Assembly: GCA_030248215.1 (NCBI GenBank)
Contig: JASANG010001128.1
Location: forward strand, 372,001 to 430,396
Direction of reading: 5' to 3'
From: Enoplolaimus lenunculus
Lineage: Eukaryota
Length of the DNA: 58,396 nt
The notes below the pieces were generated by a model. It did no database searches. It was not told where the DNA came from and saw only the letters and a program-made list of their open reading frames with translations. The position numbers and the translations under genes are program-made. Shown here piece by piece: positions 14,201 to 25,443 of the stretch; positions within the stretch are counted from its first letter, which is position 1; every line of letters begins with the position of its first letter.

Positions 14201-15904
14201 ATTCACAAAATTTGTTTCAAGTAAATCATTAAGTAAAACGTCGAATTATCGACTCAAAATGTAACATGCCACGTCTCTGCATCCCGACCATTGCAACCAT
14301 TTCTAGTAAAACATTTGTAATCGTAACCCTGCATATTTACGTAGGATATTTATTACTCAAAGGTGAAGCGTGTAGACTAAGTATTTCCTGCTGCAGTTTG
14401 CATTTACATACTACATACGATAGTTGTCTTAAGAGACATGTTAGTAGTCTTGTTTGTAATGTATTTGACACAGTTTGGTTGGTTGTGCAACTATTTGATA
14501 AATTCTTTAACCTGTTTAATTTAGGTACGATACAGTTACTATTCAGAATATAGACGCGGAATGTTAAAACCACTAAGCTAATTTTATTCCGGTACTTTGT
14601 CCGGGTATTTTTGTAGTACTCGGAACTGGATCCGGAATGATTTATTGTGTAACCCCGGACCCGAAATTTTTTAAGCAAAATCCTGGATCCGGGAACCCGG
14701 AATAACCGGAATACCCGGACCCGGACATGGATGCGACTCTAGTATTTGTGCCAAAATTTCAGCGGAAACAACGTGCTGAGCATGATCTACCCCAAATTAT
14801 TTTATAGAGTATAGTGGGCATGTACCTTTTTCTAGCGGGCAATCCCACTCAATACCGCACTGCAACCAAAAACTTAAAAACAAAATTTAATTTTCAGCAC
14901 CTTGAAATATACGATACAGTGCATGTGGATTGCGTGCAATTACTTTCACCCAACACATTCCATAATCGGCTACGATATCTACCCGATGCGGTGAACTGGT
15001 TGTCTGAAATAAAAATGTCAAAGAAAATAAAACTACGAGCATTATACAGTTGAATCAAACAAAAAGTCATCTAAAATTTATGCTAGTAAAACAGATATGA
15101 AAAACAAATGTAATATAACATCAGAAGAAGCAAAAACCATTAAGCTGGTAGTCACTGGTTTTCGAGATGGGTGTAACGAATCTAAGTAATCGCAACGCAT
15201 AAAGCAATCTGCAATTCACTTCGAAAACCGATAAACACAATTCTTTAAAACACGATATATACATTTAAAATAAACGGCTTTATAAGGAACAAAACAACGT
15301 ATATATATCTTTGGAAAACTTACATTATCAATAGAAAAAGGCGTCAAAATTGACTGAACATCGGCATAATTTGAAATCGCATCAAGCAAGGCACGAAAGT
15401 GAATCAAATTTGAGCACCGAATATGACTGGAATGAATTATTGGTTTGTGTTGTTGCTACAACAAACACATTAAATGGCAAAGCGAACGGTAAGACAACGT
15501 CAAGTAGGGTCCGAACGGAAAATTCGATTCCTACCTTTTACGGATTAGCAGGTTCCAATTTCATGATTGCAAACCGGAACTGTTCGTTGTGCCATTTTGC
15601 AAACTCACTGTATGAAGTAGCCATATATTTTTAGGTACTTCTGTCATAGCTTTTCCAAACTATAAAATGAACAACTTGTCACGAGCACCACACTCGCACA
15701 AAAATGTACGTACAATGAAATAAAAGTGATGAGAACTCTAAGTTTATAACCTGGCAAAAAAACGCTCGTTCAGCAGCTATCTTCTTCGCTAGATGTTTGA
15801 CACCGACTTTTAAAGAACGTGGTGCAGTCTCTATAAGCGACGTGCAACGAGTGCTCAGAAGATCGGCTTCAGCAATCTTGAGCAAGATTATATTGTGTAC
15901 AGGA
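11202..15904 (-). CDS. C7orf25: UPF0415 protein C7orf25 homolog (~9 exons; start exon not resolved)
   Basis: Exons encode IRCSNLIHFRALL, VDIVADYGMCWVKVIARNP, GECGERSIMDHAEVFL, INLDITALFAFVSSL, FKEPILDQQAQWER, VGGSNEKRRA, IFGSGETYNAITLTANRGFVQAAYNQ|GVKLAVIVHESRALSE. These are collinear with C7orf25 motifs and have GT-AG junctions. Confidence 0.9.
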
Positions 15905-16659
15905 CTGAAGCAAATAAAAAATAATAAGCTCAAATTAGAAACTACAACAAGCTTGTCAAATTCACAGCAATTTAAAATTTCAATATAGGTACTTGTTCGT
16001 AGTATCTCACGTTGAAATTCTAAATTTTTACTTTTTATATTTCTAAATCACCCTCAGTCAGCTTCCTCTCTTTCCATAGTGCCCTGGGCTCTCATTTTGC
16101 TCTCGTTTTTCTATTTCTAAACTATGACTCCGCTGGCCTTAATCTGTACACGACTTTTAAGTCGCCCTGGATATTATTCCTAAACATTTATTAAAAACAC
16201 TTATTTTCATTTAAACATTTATCTAGCTAGATTTTTACGTGGATTTCAGGGTATGTTTATGTGTTGTGTATTGTGTTGTTGTTGTTGTTTTATCGGCGTC
16301 ACGCATGTAAAAACGTTCTAAAACAACATTCTAAAAATTATTCTACAAAATTTTTTTAAAACCTAAAAATAAGCCAATTAAGGTTTGCCGTGAGAATCTT
16401 CAAATTAGTTGCGTTTTGCTAAGAGTGTTTTTCGCCCCAAGTTGGTTATAAGTCCACGTGTGTATTATTCTCACTTCCCAGTTAGATCGATTATTTCCGG
16501 AACTTTTCCGTTTGGAGTACGTATTGTGTTCTCCAGTTCATCTATTCCCCGATTGGATGTATTCTTTTCGATAATTGGTGAGTTTTTGTTATATACTTCA
16601 ACGACCGACTTGTGCGATCAGTCGAGTTAGTGTTATATTTTACGTTAAAGCTGTACGCA

Positions 16660-17265
16660 GTGTCAGAACTGCACGGTCGGGACGCCCCTTTCTCTGATGT
16701 ACTGCGAATATACATGGTTTCCCAATAAATTTCTCCGAAACATATGGCGAAACCGGGAATCGAATCTCGGACCTCTCGCTCGGCAGTCAAGCGCGCTACC
16801 CATTACACCACGCGACCGGTATTATGATTTCTATAACGCTATATGTGTACGTGTATGTACGTATACGTTTCAAATTACACACACTATGCACAATGCTACA
16901 TCACGCATACCAATACCAACATTCCCCTTCTTCAAGCGATCGTGCCGGACCGCGAATACAAACTTCTCTAAAACCATGGTCCTGCTATTTACAGGGCCAA
17001 TCTTGGCGCGAACTGAATGTCAGAACTGCACGGTCCCTTTCTCCGAAGCACTGCGAATACATTGTTTTTTCCCTAAATTTCATCCAAACATATGGCCACG
17101 CCGGGAATCGAACCTCGGATTTCTCGCTCACGAGTTAAGCGCGCTACCCATTACACCACACGGCCGATATTATGATTTTCTCTGACGCTATATGTGCACG
17201 TCTCTGTATGTATGTGTTTTACATTACACCCCACTATGCACAATGCTAAACCACGCATACCGGCA
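16660..17265 (-). repeat. Two tandem ~350-bp units, each with a tRNA-like sequence (~16745-16818 and ~17093-17166); pseudo-tRNA or SINE
   Basis: Minus strand GGYCGYGTGGTGTAATGGGTAGCGCG...TTCGATTCCCGG...GCCA in both copies, with imperfect stems and shared flanks on both sides. Confidence 0.65.
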
Positions 17266-18386
17266 CGCAGGAGGTTTATTAGGCTTAGGTGGAATTGACA
17301 CATTTTCTAGCAAGGTAATTAGCCTTAGCGCTGCAGAGCGTACAGTTTGTACTGTAAAAAGTGTTATTTCTTTAAGGACTGCTATTTTAGTCCCTGAATT
17401 GTGAGCAAAATCCAGCTATTCCGTATTGTGGGTACAAATGTCTAAGCTATTCAAAATATATCGTTTTAGTACTCACTAATTCAATTTTAAAAACTACCAA
17501 ATAATTTTGGCCTTGCTTACAATGCTTTAATTGTTTCATTCGTTGCATTCAATTTCTGTAAAAACATTTCACACCGGTGTTTCCTGCTGAGAGATCGATC
17601 TTAACTGGAGTACAAACCCCAGTCCGTAATAACCCTCGATACCAATGTAGCGAAGTATCAAGCATACAAAATAACACAGCAACCAACCCATCCATTAAAA
17701 ATCGAAAACCGACAATACTGCTACGAAATTGCAAGTGATTGACAAAATAAAGCAACTTTATATAAGCACCATAAATAGACGAATTTCACACACCTTGGGT
17801 TTGGCTCCATTAGAAAATCTGAAACTCTACGCATTTTATTTAATATGCTGAAAGAATCCTGCTCTACATATAATGCTTTGCAAGCATACCTACATCTAAA
17901 TCAATTCGTTTGCTTGCCGTGGCCTTACTCTTCATTTTTATGCTGTTCATTGTTTCATAATAGTTGGATTAAAATTTAGCAAATGGCCGGGAATCTACTC
18001 TCTGTTATATCTATGATAACGACAATACCAATAAGCAGTTAATAGGCCGCAATGGACAACAGAGGAGCTGGTAAAGTTCTCCACCTTTCAAAAACCAACA
18101 TTTGTATGCAAGCAGATTTTGCAAGAATATATGCCCTAATAAACACTGCAAAAAATTTATTGTTCGGTTACGATAATTATTCGCTTATTGTTATGGTACA
18201 GAAAAAATAATTTGCTGCCATACTGCAAATGTGTCGTACACGTAGCTGCTGGTGTGCACTCTGCAAACTCTAATGTTTAGTGCCAAAAACGATAAAATTT
18301 GCTCGTGAGAAATCTCTTATTATTTTGGACTTTGATGTTTCTCAATGGAACCAAAAACCATAGAATTTTGTCCAAATTTCTCTTTC

Positions 18387-19850
18387 GGCCAATGTATAGC
18401 ACAGGGGCTTCCAGTTTTCCACGGTGGAAAACTTATAACCAGGAGTGTAGCGCAGCCACTCCTGTATGACGGCTAAATTTTCTGCTGATTTGGTAGGAAA
18501 ATTAAAAAATTTAATGCCTAGATTTTACCCTGGATTGGTAGGGAAATCTGAAGCATAGGTTTTGGTTGGAAAACGGGAAAAGTGGAAAATTCTAATGCCT
18601 AGATTTTCCCCTGGGTTGGTAGGGAAAATCTGAAGCATAGGTTTTGGTTGGAAAACGGGAAAAGTGTAAAATTCTAATGCCCAGATTTTCCCCTGGGTTG
18701 TTAGAGAAATCTGAAGCATGGGTTTTGGTTGGAAAATGGGAAAAGTGGAAAATTCGAATGCCTAGATTTTCCCCTGGGTTGGTAGGGAAAATCTGAAGCA
18801 TAGGTTTTGGTTGGAAAACGGGAAAAGTGTAAAATTCTAATGCCTAGATTTTTCCCCTGGGTTGGTAGGGAAAATCAGAAGCGTAGGTTTTGGTTGGAAA
18901 ACGGGAAAAGTGGAAAATTGAAATGCCTAGATATTTTCTTGGTTAGTAAGAAATATCTGAAGCAAAGGTTTTGGTTGAAAAGCGGGAAATGTGGAAAAGT
19001 GGAAAATTCAAAGGTAGGGCATAGGTTTTGGTTGGAAAACGGGAAAAGTGGAAAATTTTAATGCCTAGATTTTTACGCTGGGTTGGTAGGGAAATATGAA
19101 GCATAGGTTTGGTTGGAAAACGGGAAAAGTGGAAAATTCTAATGCCTAGATTTTTATTCTGGGTTGGTAGGGAAAATCTGAAGCATACGTTTTGATTGGA
19201 AAACGGGAAAAGTGGAAAATTCCAATGCCTAGATTTTTATCCTGGGTTGTTAGGGAATACCTGAAGCAAAGGTTTCGGTTGGAAAACGGGAAAAGTGGAA
19301 AATTCTAATGCCTAGATTTTTTCGCTGGGTTGGTAGGGAAAACCTGAAGCAAAGGTTTCGGTTGGAAAACGGGAAAACTGGAAAATTCAAGCGTAAGGCA
19401 TAGGTTTTGGTTGGAAAACGGGAAAATTAGAAAATTTTAATGCTTAGATTTACCCTGGCTTGGTAGGGAAAATCCGAAGTATAGATTTTGGTTGGAAAAC
19501 GGGAAAAGTGGAAAATTTAAAGGCCTAGATTTACCTTAGGTTGGTAGGGAAAATATGAAGCATAGGTTTTGGTTGGAAAATGGGAAAAGTGGAAAATTTA
19601 AAGGCCTAGATTTACCTTAGGTTGGCAGGGAAAATCTGAAGCATAGGTTTTCGTTGGAAAACGGGAAAAGTGGAAAATTTAAAGGCCTAGATTTACCTTA
19701 GGTTGGTAGGGAAAATCTGAAGCATAGGTTTTGGTTGGAAAACGGGAAAAGTGGAAAATTTAAAGGCCTAGATTTACCTTAGGTTGGTAGGGAATTTCTG
19801 AAGCATAGGTTTTGGTTGGAAGACGGGAAAAGTGGAAAATTTAAAAGGCC
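18387..19850 (+). mobile_element. Left arm only of a second foldback element (terminus plus ~77-bp tandem array)
   Basis: Starts with GGCCAATGTATAGCACAGGGGCTTCC, near-identical to 6715 onward. The array stops mid-unit at AAGGCC and abuts pPolB coding sequence. Confidence 0.9.
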
Positions 19851-22800
19851 TTTTTTCGTTGATGTCTTTGTCAGCTTTCCTTCTTTGATCGGAAACCTAA
19901 ATCGAACAATGTTGACACAAGTTTAATTTGCAGTATTCATAATCTGTCAGTTGTTATAGTAAAAATAATGTTTGTAATAAAACTTTTACAAATCGTACTA
20001 ATTGTCTTACCTCTTGCCCCAGGTGTTCGAATGCTGCCACCCGTTGATACTCAACAAATCTGTAAAGGCGGGTAATTTTCATCGCACACTTTTTAAGGTA
20101 GAATTTTAGCAGCGGTGTGCCTAAGAGTATCTTTGTTGCGTGGAAAGAGCCAATAAGAGAGCGGCGCGGTGTTGTCATCACATAGCCAACTCAGCATACT
20201 CTCGCATATGTTCCCCAATGTCTTCTATATTTATTTCAACATTTTTAAAAATAGGTGGCATTTCTTCCCATCGTTGTCTTGCTGCCTGGTCCCAATACGG
20301 TATTTGAACGTCAACTTCTACTATTCCAAACACTTCGTCAGCTAGAATACCGTCAACAACGTCTTTGATCGTCACGTTACTAGTGTCTTTAAATCCTGTC
20401 TTTGAGTTCTGACTAATCCAGTCTTGCCATTCAGGATCAATCGCAATCGCTTCACGTGTTTCGTCAAAACTGCACTCGGATCCAATTATAACTTCAGCGC
20501 CTAATGTCTGTAGGAACGCATGTTTCTTCTGTGTTTCTTCTTGGCGGTGCTGCATGTCATCATTATGTAAATAGCATCGGGGCATCCATGCCAGTAGCAA
20601 CCATCAAACACGATAATAATTGCCCGTTGGTTTCCGTACTTTCCAATTGGCACGTAACCATCCACTGGATACCGCGTTGCACCATTTTGGAACACTTTCT
20701 GTCCGCCATTGAATTTATGTTGAATGGTTAAATCGTCTCTGTTGAATCTTTTTATTAGCGCTCTCCGGTGGTACTCCACAAACAGAAGCTCCAAAAGACC
20801 GTACGTGTAACTTTTTGTGGCATTTAACTTTATGTCGTAGTTATGAGATATGGTTCGTAAATGTTCACTTTTTTCCATTTCAATCTCTCCTCGGGTACTG
20901 TTAACTGGAATGGGTTGTCCAACGTTGCCATAATGGGGACTCCATCGATGGGCCTCCAACGATATTGTCCTTGATCATCTGATGGATACCTTTGAACCGT
21001 TCATTGAATAGTGTGAATAACCCACCTTTCGGCAAGTGTTGCATCATTCTTTGCAAAGCTACGCCTGGCAGGCTTATTGCTTGTTTGAACATATTGATGC
21101 CCCATTCTTCGAACTGGTTAAACATTTTTTGCACCGCGGTAAGAAATGGTATTACATCCAGGTTATTGTACCACACCAACATGTCTTGCATTGTTTGGAA
21201 TTTTTCTTCACGCCAAACTTCCTTCACGTATTCGTAGTCGTCGTTGGTTATGTTTATCTGCCGAAGAGTGCTATAGTATGCTGCACGAGGCGGAAGATCA
21301 GTAACTTGCAGTTGATCCAAGCTTTCAAACCACTCATACGGCCAAAATCCTTTTCTCTGCTCCACTTGAAATGCTTTTAGAAATTTGTCGTAGCTTGTTC
21401 CCGGGCTTAAATAGTTTGTTATATCTAAAAACAGTAGATCCTCTGTAGCCAAAGACATAAACCCATTGTCTTTCTTTATGGTCTGGTGAATTTTCTCACC
21501 GTTGTAAATCAAATGAGGAATGTAGTATTGTTTAATTAGGTTTAGATCAAATTTGGCGCTGTTAAATCCCAATACTACAAGTTGTTTTAGCCACCTATAA
21601 AATCTGTTATAATACGACTTCCATTTCCTGGTTTCGTAGGCGCGGTTGCGAGCGTCGTGAAGGGCATCAGCTACATTAGCATCATTCTTTTCATGTTGAA
21701 GTAAACGTCGATATTCACGGTCGTATTGCTGGTGTAGAGTTCGTTCGGTCTGTAGTCGGTCAAACACGTCGCTGAATTGATGCTTAAGAATTGAGAACGC
21801 GGCATTACTAATTTCACAAAGATAAGCATGCATCTGCGAGACAATGTCCTCTCGTTCTCCAATAAAACACCGGGCGTCTTCATAACCGGGCACATTACTT
21901 GCGATAGATACACTCGCGGGTATTAGTTCTTTGGTGTATAAAAGCTTCTGGCCTTCGTGTTGTTCGACATTGAGCGACTTGAATCTGGCCTCAAAATCGT
22001 ATGTAGCACGAAATCGGTAAAAGTTTTCTGTAATATTGAAGCCTTCTTCGTTTAATTCCTGTTGTATCGTCTTCGTAAGTCCATAGCCGCCACCTTTGTA
22101 AATAAATTCTGTCACGTTGCCATTGCATCGTTTAAGGTGCCGCTGATGATGACTGTGATGGTTCCATATCCGATCGCATAACTCGCATCGCCAGGACTTT
22201 GTAAACTGTGGAAGATTCTTAATGTATGAAAAATGATTATCATAAAGATTTATGTTCAATGTGTCATGGAATAGACCACGTGACTGTCGTACAAGACATG
22301 CTGATGAAATAGGTGGAGGAGGTATGTCCGGAATCATAGGTTGGCTTCCTTCATTATCCGGTTCTACTCCTTCAGCATCATTTTCTTCTTCATCTCCATC
22401 ACCATTGTCTTCGTTGTCTTCCGCCATATCATCTAAAAACGATTTTACGCTTGTCTCTTCCTCATGTTCGCTTTCATCTTCTTCGGTAATGCCTTCGGCT
22501 TCTAGCTCATCTTCTTGTTCTTCTAAAAGCACTGCGCGTATCTGTGGAACTCCTTGATCTGCTTCACGAATTAATCTTTGAAGTTCTGTTTCAGGTCGCT
22601 GAACTTCTGTCTCATATACGGCAATGTTTACTTGGAACATGTCTTCTAATTTATCCAAATCGTCCATATCCACTCCATGAAAATTGGTTGTGTTTGTTTG
22701 ATTGCGCCAGTTGTTGCATAACATTGTTGTGTGAGCTTCGAATTCTGAATGGTTGCCCAATCTGTATCCATGCAACAGAGCTAGGCATCGAAAAAAGCAT

Positions 22801-23932
22801 TTGAATCGTCATATCTTCTTCCATATTTATCAGTTTCAAGCGAAATGATGCTCATTGTTTTTTATATGGTCCGGTAGCATCGGTGGGCGACCAATATGTG
22901 CATGCGCAACAAGTTTATTAACAACAACTGTCACATTAGTAATGCGGTCCACAACGAATTTGGCGTTAGGACGCTGCTGACGTGCCATTCAACAATATCT
23001 TGACCATCTAGTTTTTGTATCATGCTTTCGAAGTCTTTTTTGAAAGACACAAGCATCGGAGTATTGAAAAACCGCGTGTTGTTGCTGCTGTAGAAAAACA
23101 CTTTTTCATTAGTTAAAATATTGCGTAGAACAAAACCAAAATTCAGATTCCACTTAGCTCTGTGCTTCTGAACAGCGTACACTTTTCGAACAACTTGTTT
23201 AATTTCTTCTTCAGATGCTCTTTGTAATCTAAAGTTAAACTTGTCCTGAATCGGCCTTTTTTGATGATAATGTGTTCGAATTTGATGCCAGTTGGCTTTT
23301 AAAAGCTCATCTGTGCCGCCGTATAACACTGAGTCCGGACATGGTAGTGAATTTGTGGTTAGCATCTTCTGCTTTAATGACATCTGCGGAAACTTTTTCG
23401 GTGGCTGGTCTTCATTCGTCTGCATCGATTTCATTTGTCTTTTTTGTGAAAGTGTTTCATGGTCTTTGAGGTGCTCTGTCAATTTATCTTGGCACGAAAA
23501 GTTTTTGTGACATCTCGGACATGTAAGTTTTGGTTCTTTATGAATAGTTCTTATGTGTTGTAGCAAGCTCTTCTTCGCTGTAAAACTCTTTCCACACCTT
23601 CTGCATTCGATTTCTGTAAAAATAACAACAAATTCTCACATGTGTTAATAGTTAATAGATTAAATAGAAAAGTGCTTTTGACCTCTAGACCACGTATTTA
23701 ATAATTAATTATATGACTGATGACACTGTTTGTTCCTGGCATATAGCCTTAGATTTCAAAATCAGTGAAGCATTATGTATGCACGATCAATCATACGGCA
23801 TGTGGTTAATTGCTAACATTTCTGGCTCTCTAAATCAGTGAAGCGTTATTAATGCACTATCTGTCGCAAATAGTTAAGTAAAGTACACGTCATCTATGTT
23901 TGAACGAGCTTACTGTTGACCTCATCAATCAT
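19851..23932 (-). pseudogene. pPolB: Protein-primed family B DNA polymerase, frameshifted and 3'-truncated, with two N-terminal C2H2 zinc fingers, an acidic insert and a VSR-like nuclease insert
   Basis: CRRCGKSF...HIRTIH, CPRCHKNF...HLKDH; ExoI ATYDFEA; ExoII VLGFNSAKFDLNLI; KGFWPYEW; ExoIII WYNNLDV; IVGGPS; VDGY...FDGCYWHGC; FGIVEVDV; MPPIFKN; RRSLIGS; VSDQRRKADKD. The KxxxNSxYG and DTDS motifs lie beyond the truncation. The start exon 23932-23914 is inferred. Confidence 0.92.
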
Positions 23933-24146
23933 GCTTAATGGAGTCACTAGCTATGATTAATTGCTTTCAAAATCAGTGAAGCGTTATTAATGTACCATCT
24001 GTCGCAAATAGTTAAGTAAAGTACACGTCATCCATGTTTGAACGAGCTTACTGTTGACTCATCAATCATGCTTAATGGGGTCACTAGCTATGATTAATTG
24101 CTTTCAAAATCAGTGAAGCGTTATTAATGCACCATCTGTCGCAAAT
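23757..24146. promoter_or_regulatory. Direct-repeat array in the divergent intergenic region of the Polinton (putative bidirectional promoter/enhancer)
   Basis: AAATCAGTGAAGC(A/G)TTAT at ~23759, 23832, 23970 and 24107; two near-identical ~138-bp units. Regulatory function is inferred from position only. Confidence 0.55.
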
Positions 24147-24208
24147 TTCTTAGCTATTTAAAGGTCAAGTCATTTATAAAATTGATTCATTTGTAGCTTA
24201 AATTTACA

Positions 24209-24979
24209 ATGGACGGTCGCATCATTTCTCATATATTTTACTCGACTATGGACCAGCAGGATTGTGTAAGCTGGTGGAATGAGAGATCGGGTAGGATTAC
24301 AGCTTCAAATTTTGGTCGGGTTCGAAGTGCTGCATCTGACAAAGTTCTCAAAAAGTTGGTTTGTAATATTAATACACCAGCTAATACTTTCATACCCACT
24401 CCTTGTTTAGTTGGTATAACTAAAGAAGAGAATGCAAAACAGGCATACATAAGGCACTATTCTAAAGAGTTGAATGTTCCAGTAACAGTGCACAAGTGCG
24501 GTCTTTGTGTTCCACTTCAAGCTCCCTTTATAGGTAGTTCTCCAGACGGTATTGTCACTTCACCACAGTTTGCACAACCAAGAGTGCTAGAGATCAAGTG
24601 TCTCTATGATACGGAACATATCCCACGCAGACTATTAGACATTGGGTTGAGTCGTAAGTCTAGATTCTACTGTAAAATTGATAAATCTACTGGAAAGTTT
24701 ACGTTGAAAACAACCCACAAATATTATTCACAAATTTTAGGTGAACTCGCCATTACGGCTTTACCTGTAGCAGATTTGGCACTTTATGCTCCAAGAACGA
24801 AAGAAATAAAAGTTGTAACCGTTCATTTTAATCGTGAGCACTGGCAAGCTCTTTTTGAAAAAATTAGGTATTTTTACGACAACTTCATCAATGGAAAGAT
24901 TTTCGCTCAACCCCCAGAACCGAGTCGAGCAACCACTATCTCGGAAATCGTTGAGACTGAACCTATGCAGATTAACTAA
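24209..24979 (+). CDS. YqaJ/lambda-exonuclease family (PD-(D/E)xK) nuclease
   Basis: WWNERSGRITASNFG; GITKEENA; CGL...PFIGSSPDGIV; LEIKC; HKYYSQILGEL. Intact 256-aa ORF. Confidence 0.9.
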   Translation: MDGRIISHIFYSTMDQQDCVSWWNERSGRITASNFGRVRSAASDKVLKKLVCNINTPANTFIPTPCLVGITKEENAKQAYIRHYSKELNVPVTVHKCGLCVPLQAPFIGSSPDGIVTSPQFAQPRVLEIKCLYDTEHIPRRLLDIGLSRKSRFYCKIDKSTGKFTLKTTHKYYSQILGELAITALPVADLALYAPRTKEIKVVTVHFNREHWQALFEKIRYFYDNFINGKIFAQPPEPSRATTISEIVETEPMQIN

Positions 24980-25265
24980 TCCGTTACCAATCATTCATTT
25001 CCGTCATATATCGTCTGTTCATTTTAAAAACGTGAAACCAAACAAATCGTATTTCGACCTTAATAAGTCACAGTTAAAAAAGCTCATATATCACACTTAC
25101 CTTAACGCTAATGATATTTTTCAACAGTCAGAAGACAAATTTGCAATTACTATGAATGTAGGTAGCGCGATAGGTGTAGTGAAGCCTGAGCACCGTACGT
25201 CAGACACTTTGAGAATAATCTACGTATCCACCGGTCACAGAATAATAACAGCCTTTCCTTATTAA
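24891..25265 (+). CDS. Small protein resembling bacterial polymorphic-toxin RNase domains (BECR/EndoU-like); start uncertain, overlaps the YqaJ gene
   Basis: Pattern HIxxxHF...KSYF...helix...VGxxIG...LRIIY...IITAFP at the C-terminus. Confidence 0.5.
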   Translation: MERFSLNPQNRVEQPLSRKSLRLNLCRLTNPLPIIHFRHISSVHFKNVKPNKSYFDLNKSQLKKLIYHTYLNANDIFQQSEDKFAITMNVGSAIGVVKPEHRTSDTLRIIYVSTGHRIITAFPY

Positions 25266-25443
25266 TGAATATTACTAATATATTGGGTTGTTAATTAATA
25301 TTTGATTTATGCTCTATTTCTATAAGCTGTATTATAAAATTATAGTGTGCTTATCTAAAATAAATACAAAAGTAGCTTTTTAGTGCAATTACTTATTGTG
25401 TAGCGTTATTTCGCATCTATCCATTATTTACGGGCACATCATT

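Noticed and set aside
16745..17166. Functional tRNA-Gly(GCC) and tRNA-Thr(CGT) genes
   Set aside because: Mismatched anticodon and T stems (and acceptor stem in copy 1), embedded in a repeat; treated as tRNA-like only.
18525..19061. ORFs in the satellite array (also 8569-9046)
   Set aside because: Translations merely repeat the satellite unit; not genes.
22252..22557. Ser-rich plus-strand ORF
   Set aside because: Antisense shadow of the acidic tract of pPolB.
23757..24146. Repeat-spacer (guide-like) array beside the YqaJ nuclease
   Set aside because: The long inter-repeat segments are near-identical copies, i.e. tandem duplication rather than diverse spacers.
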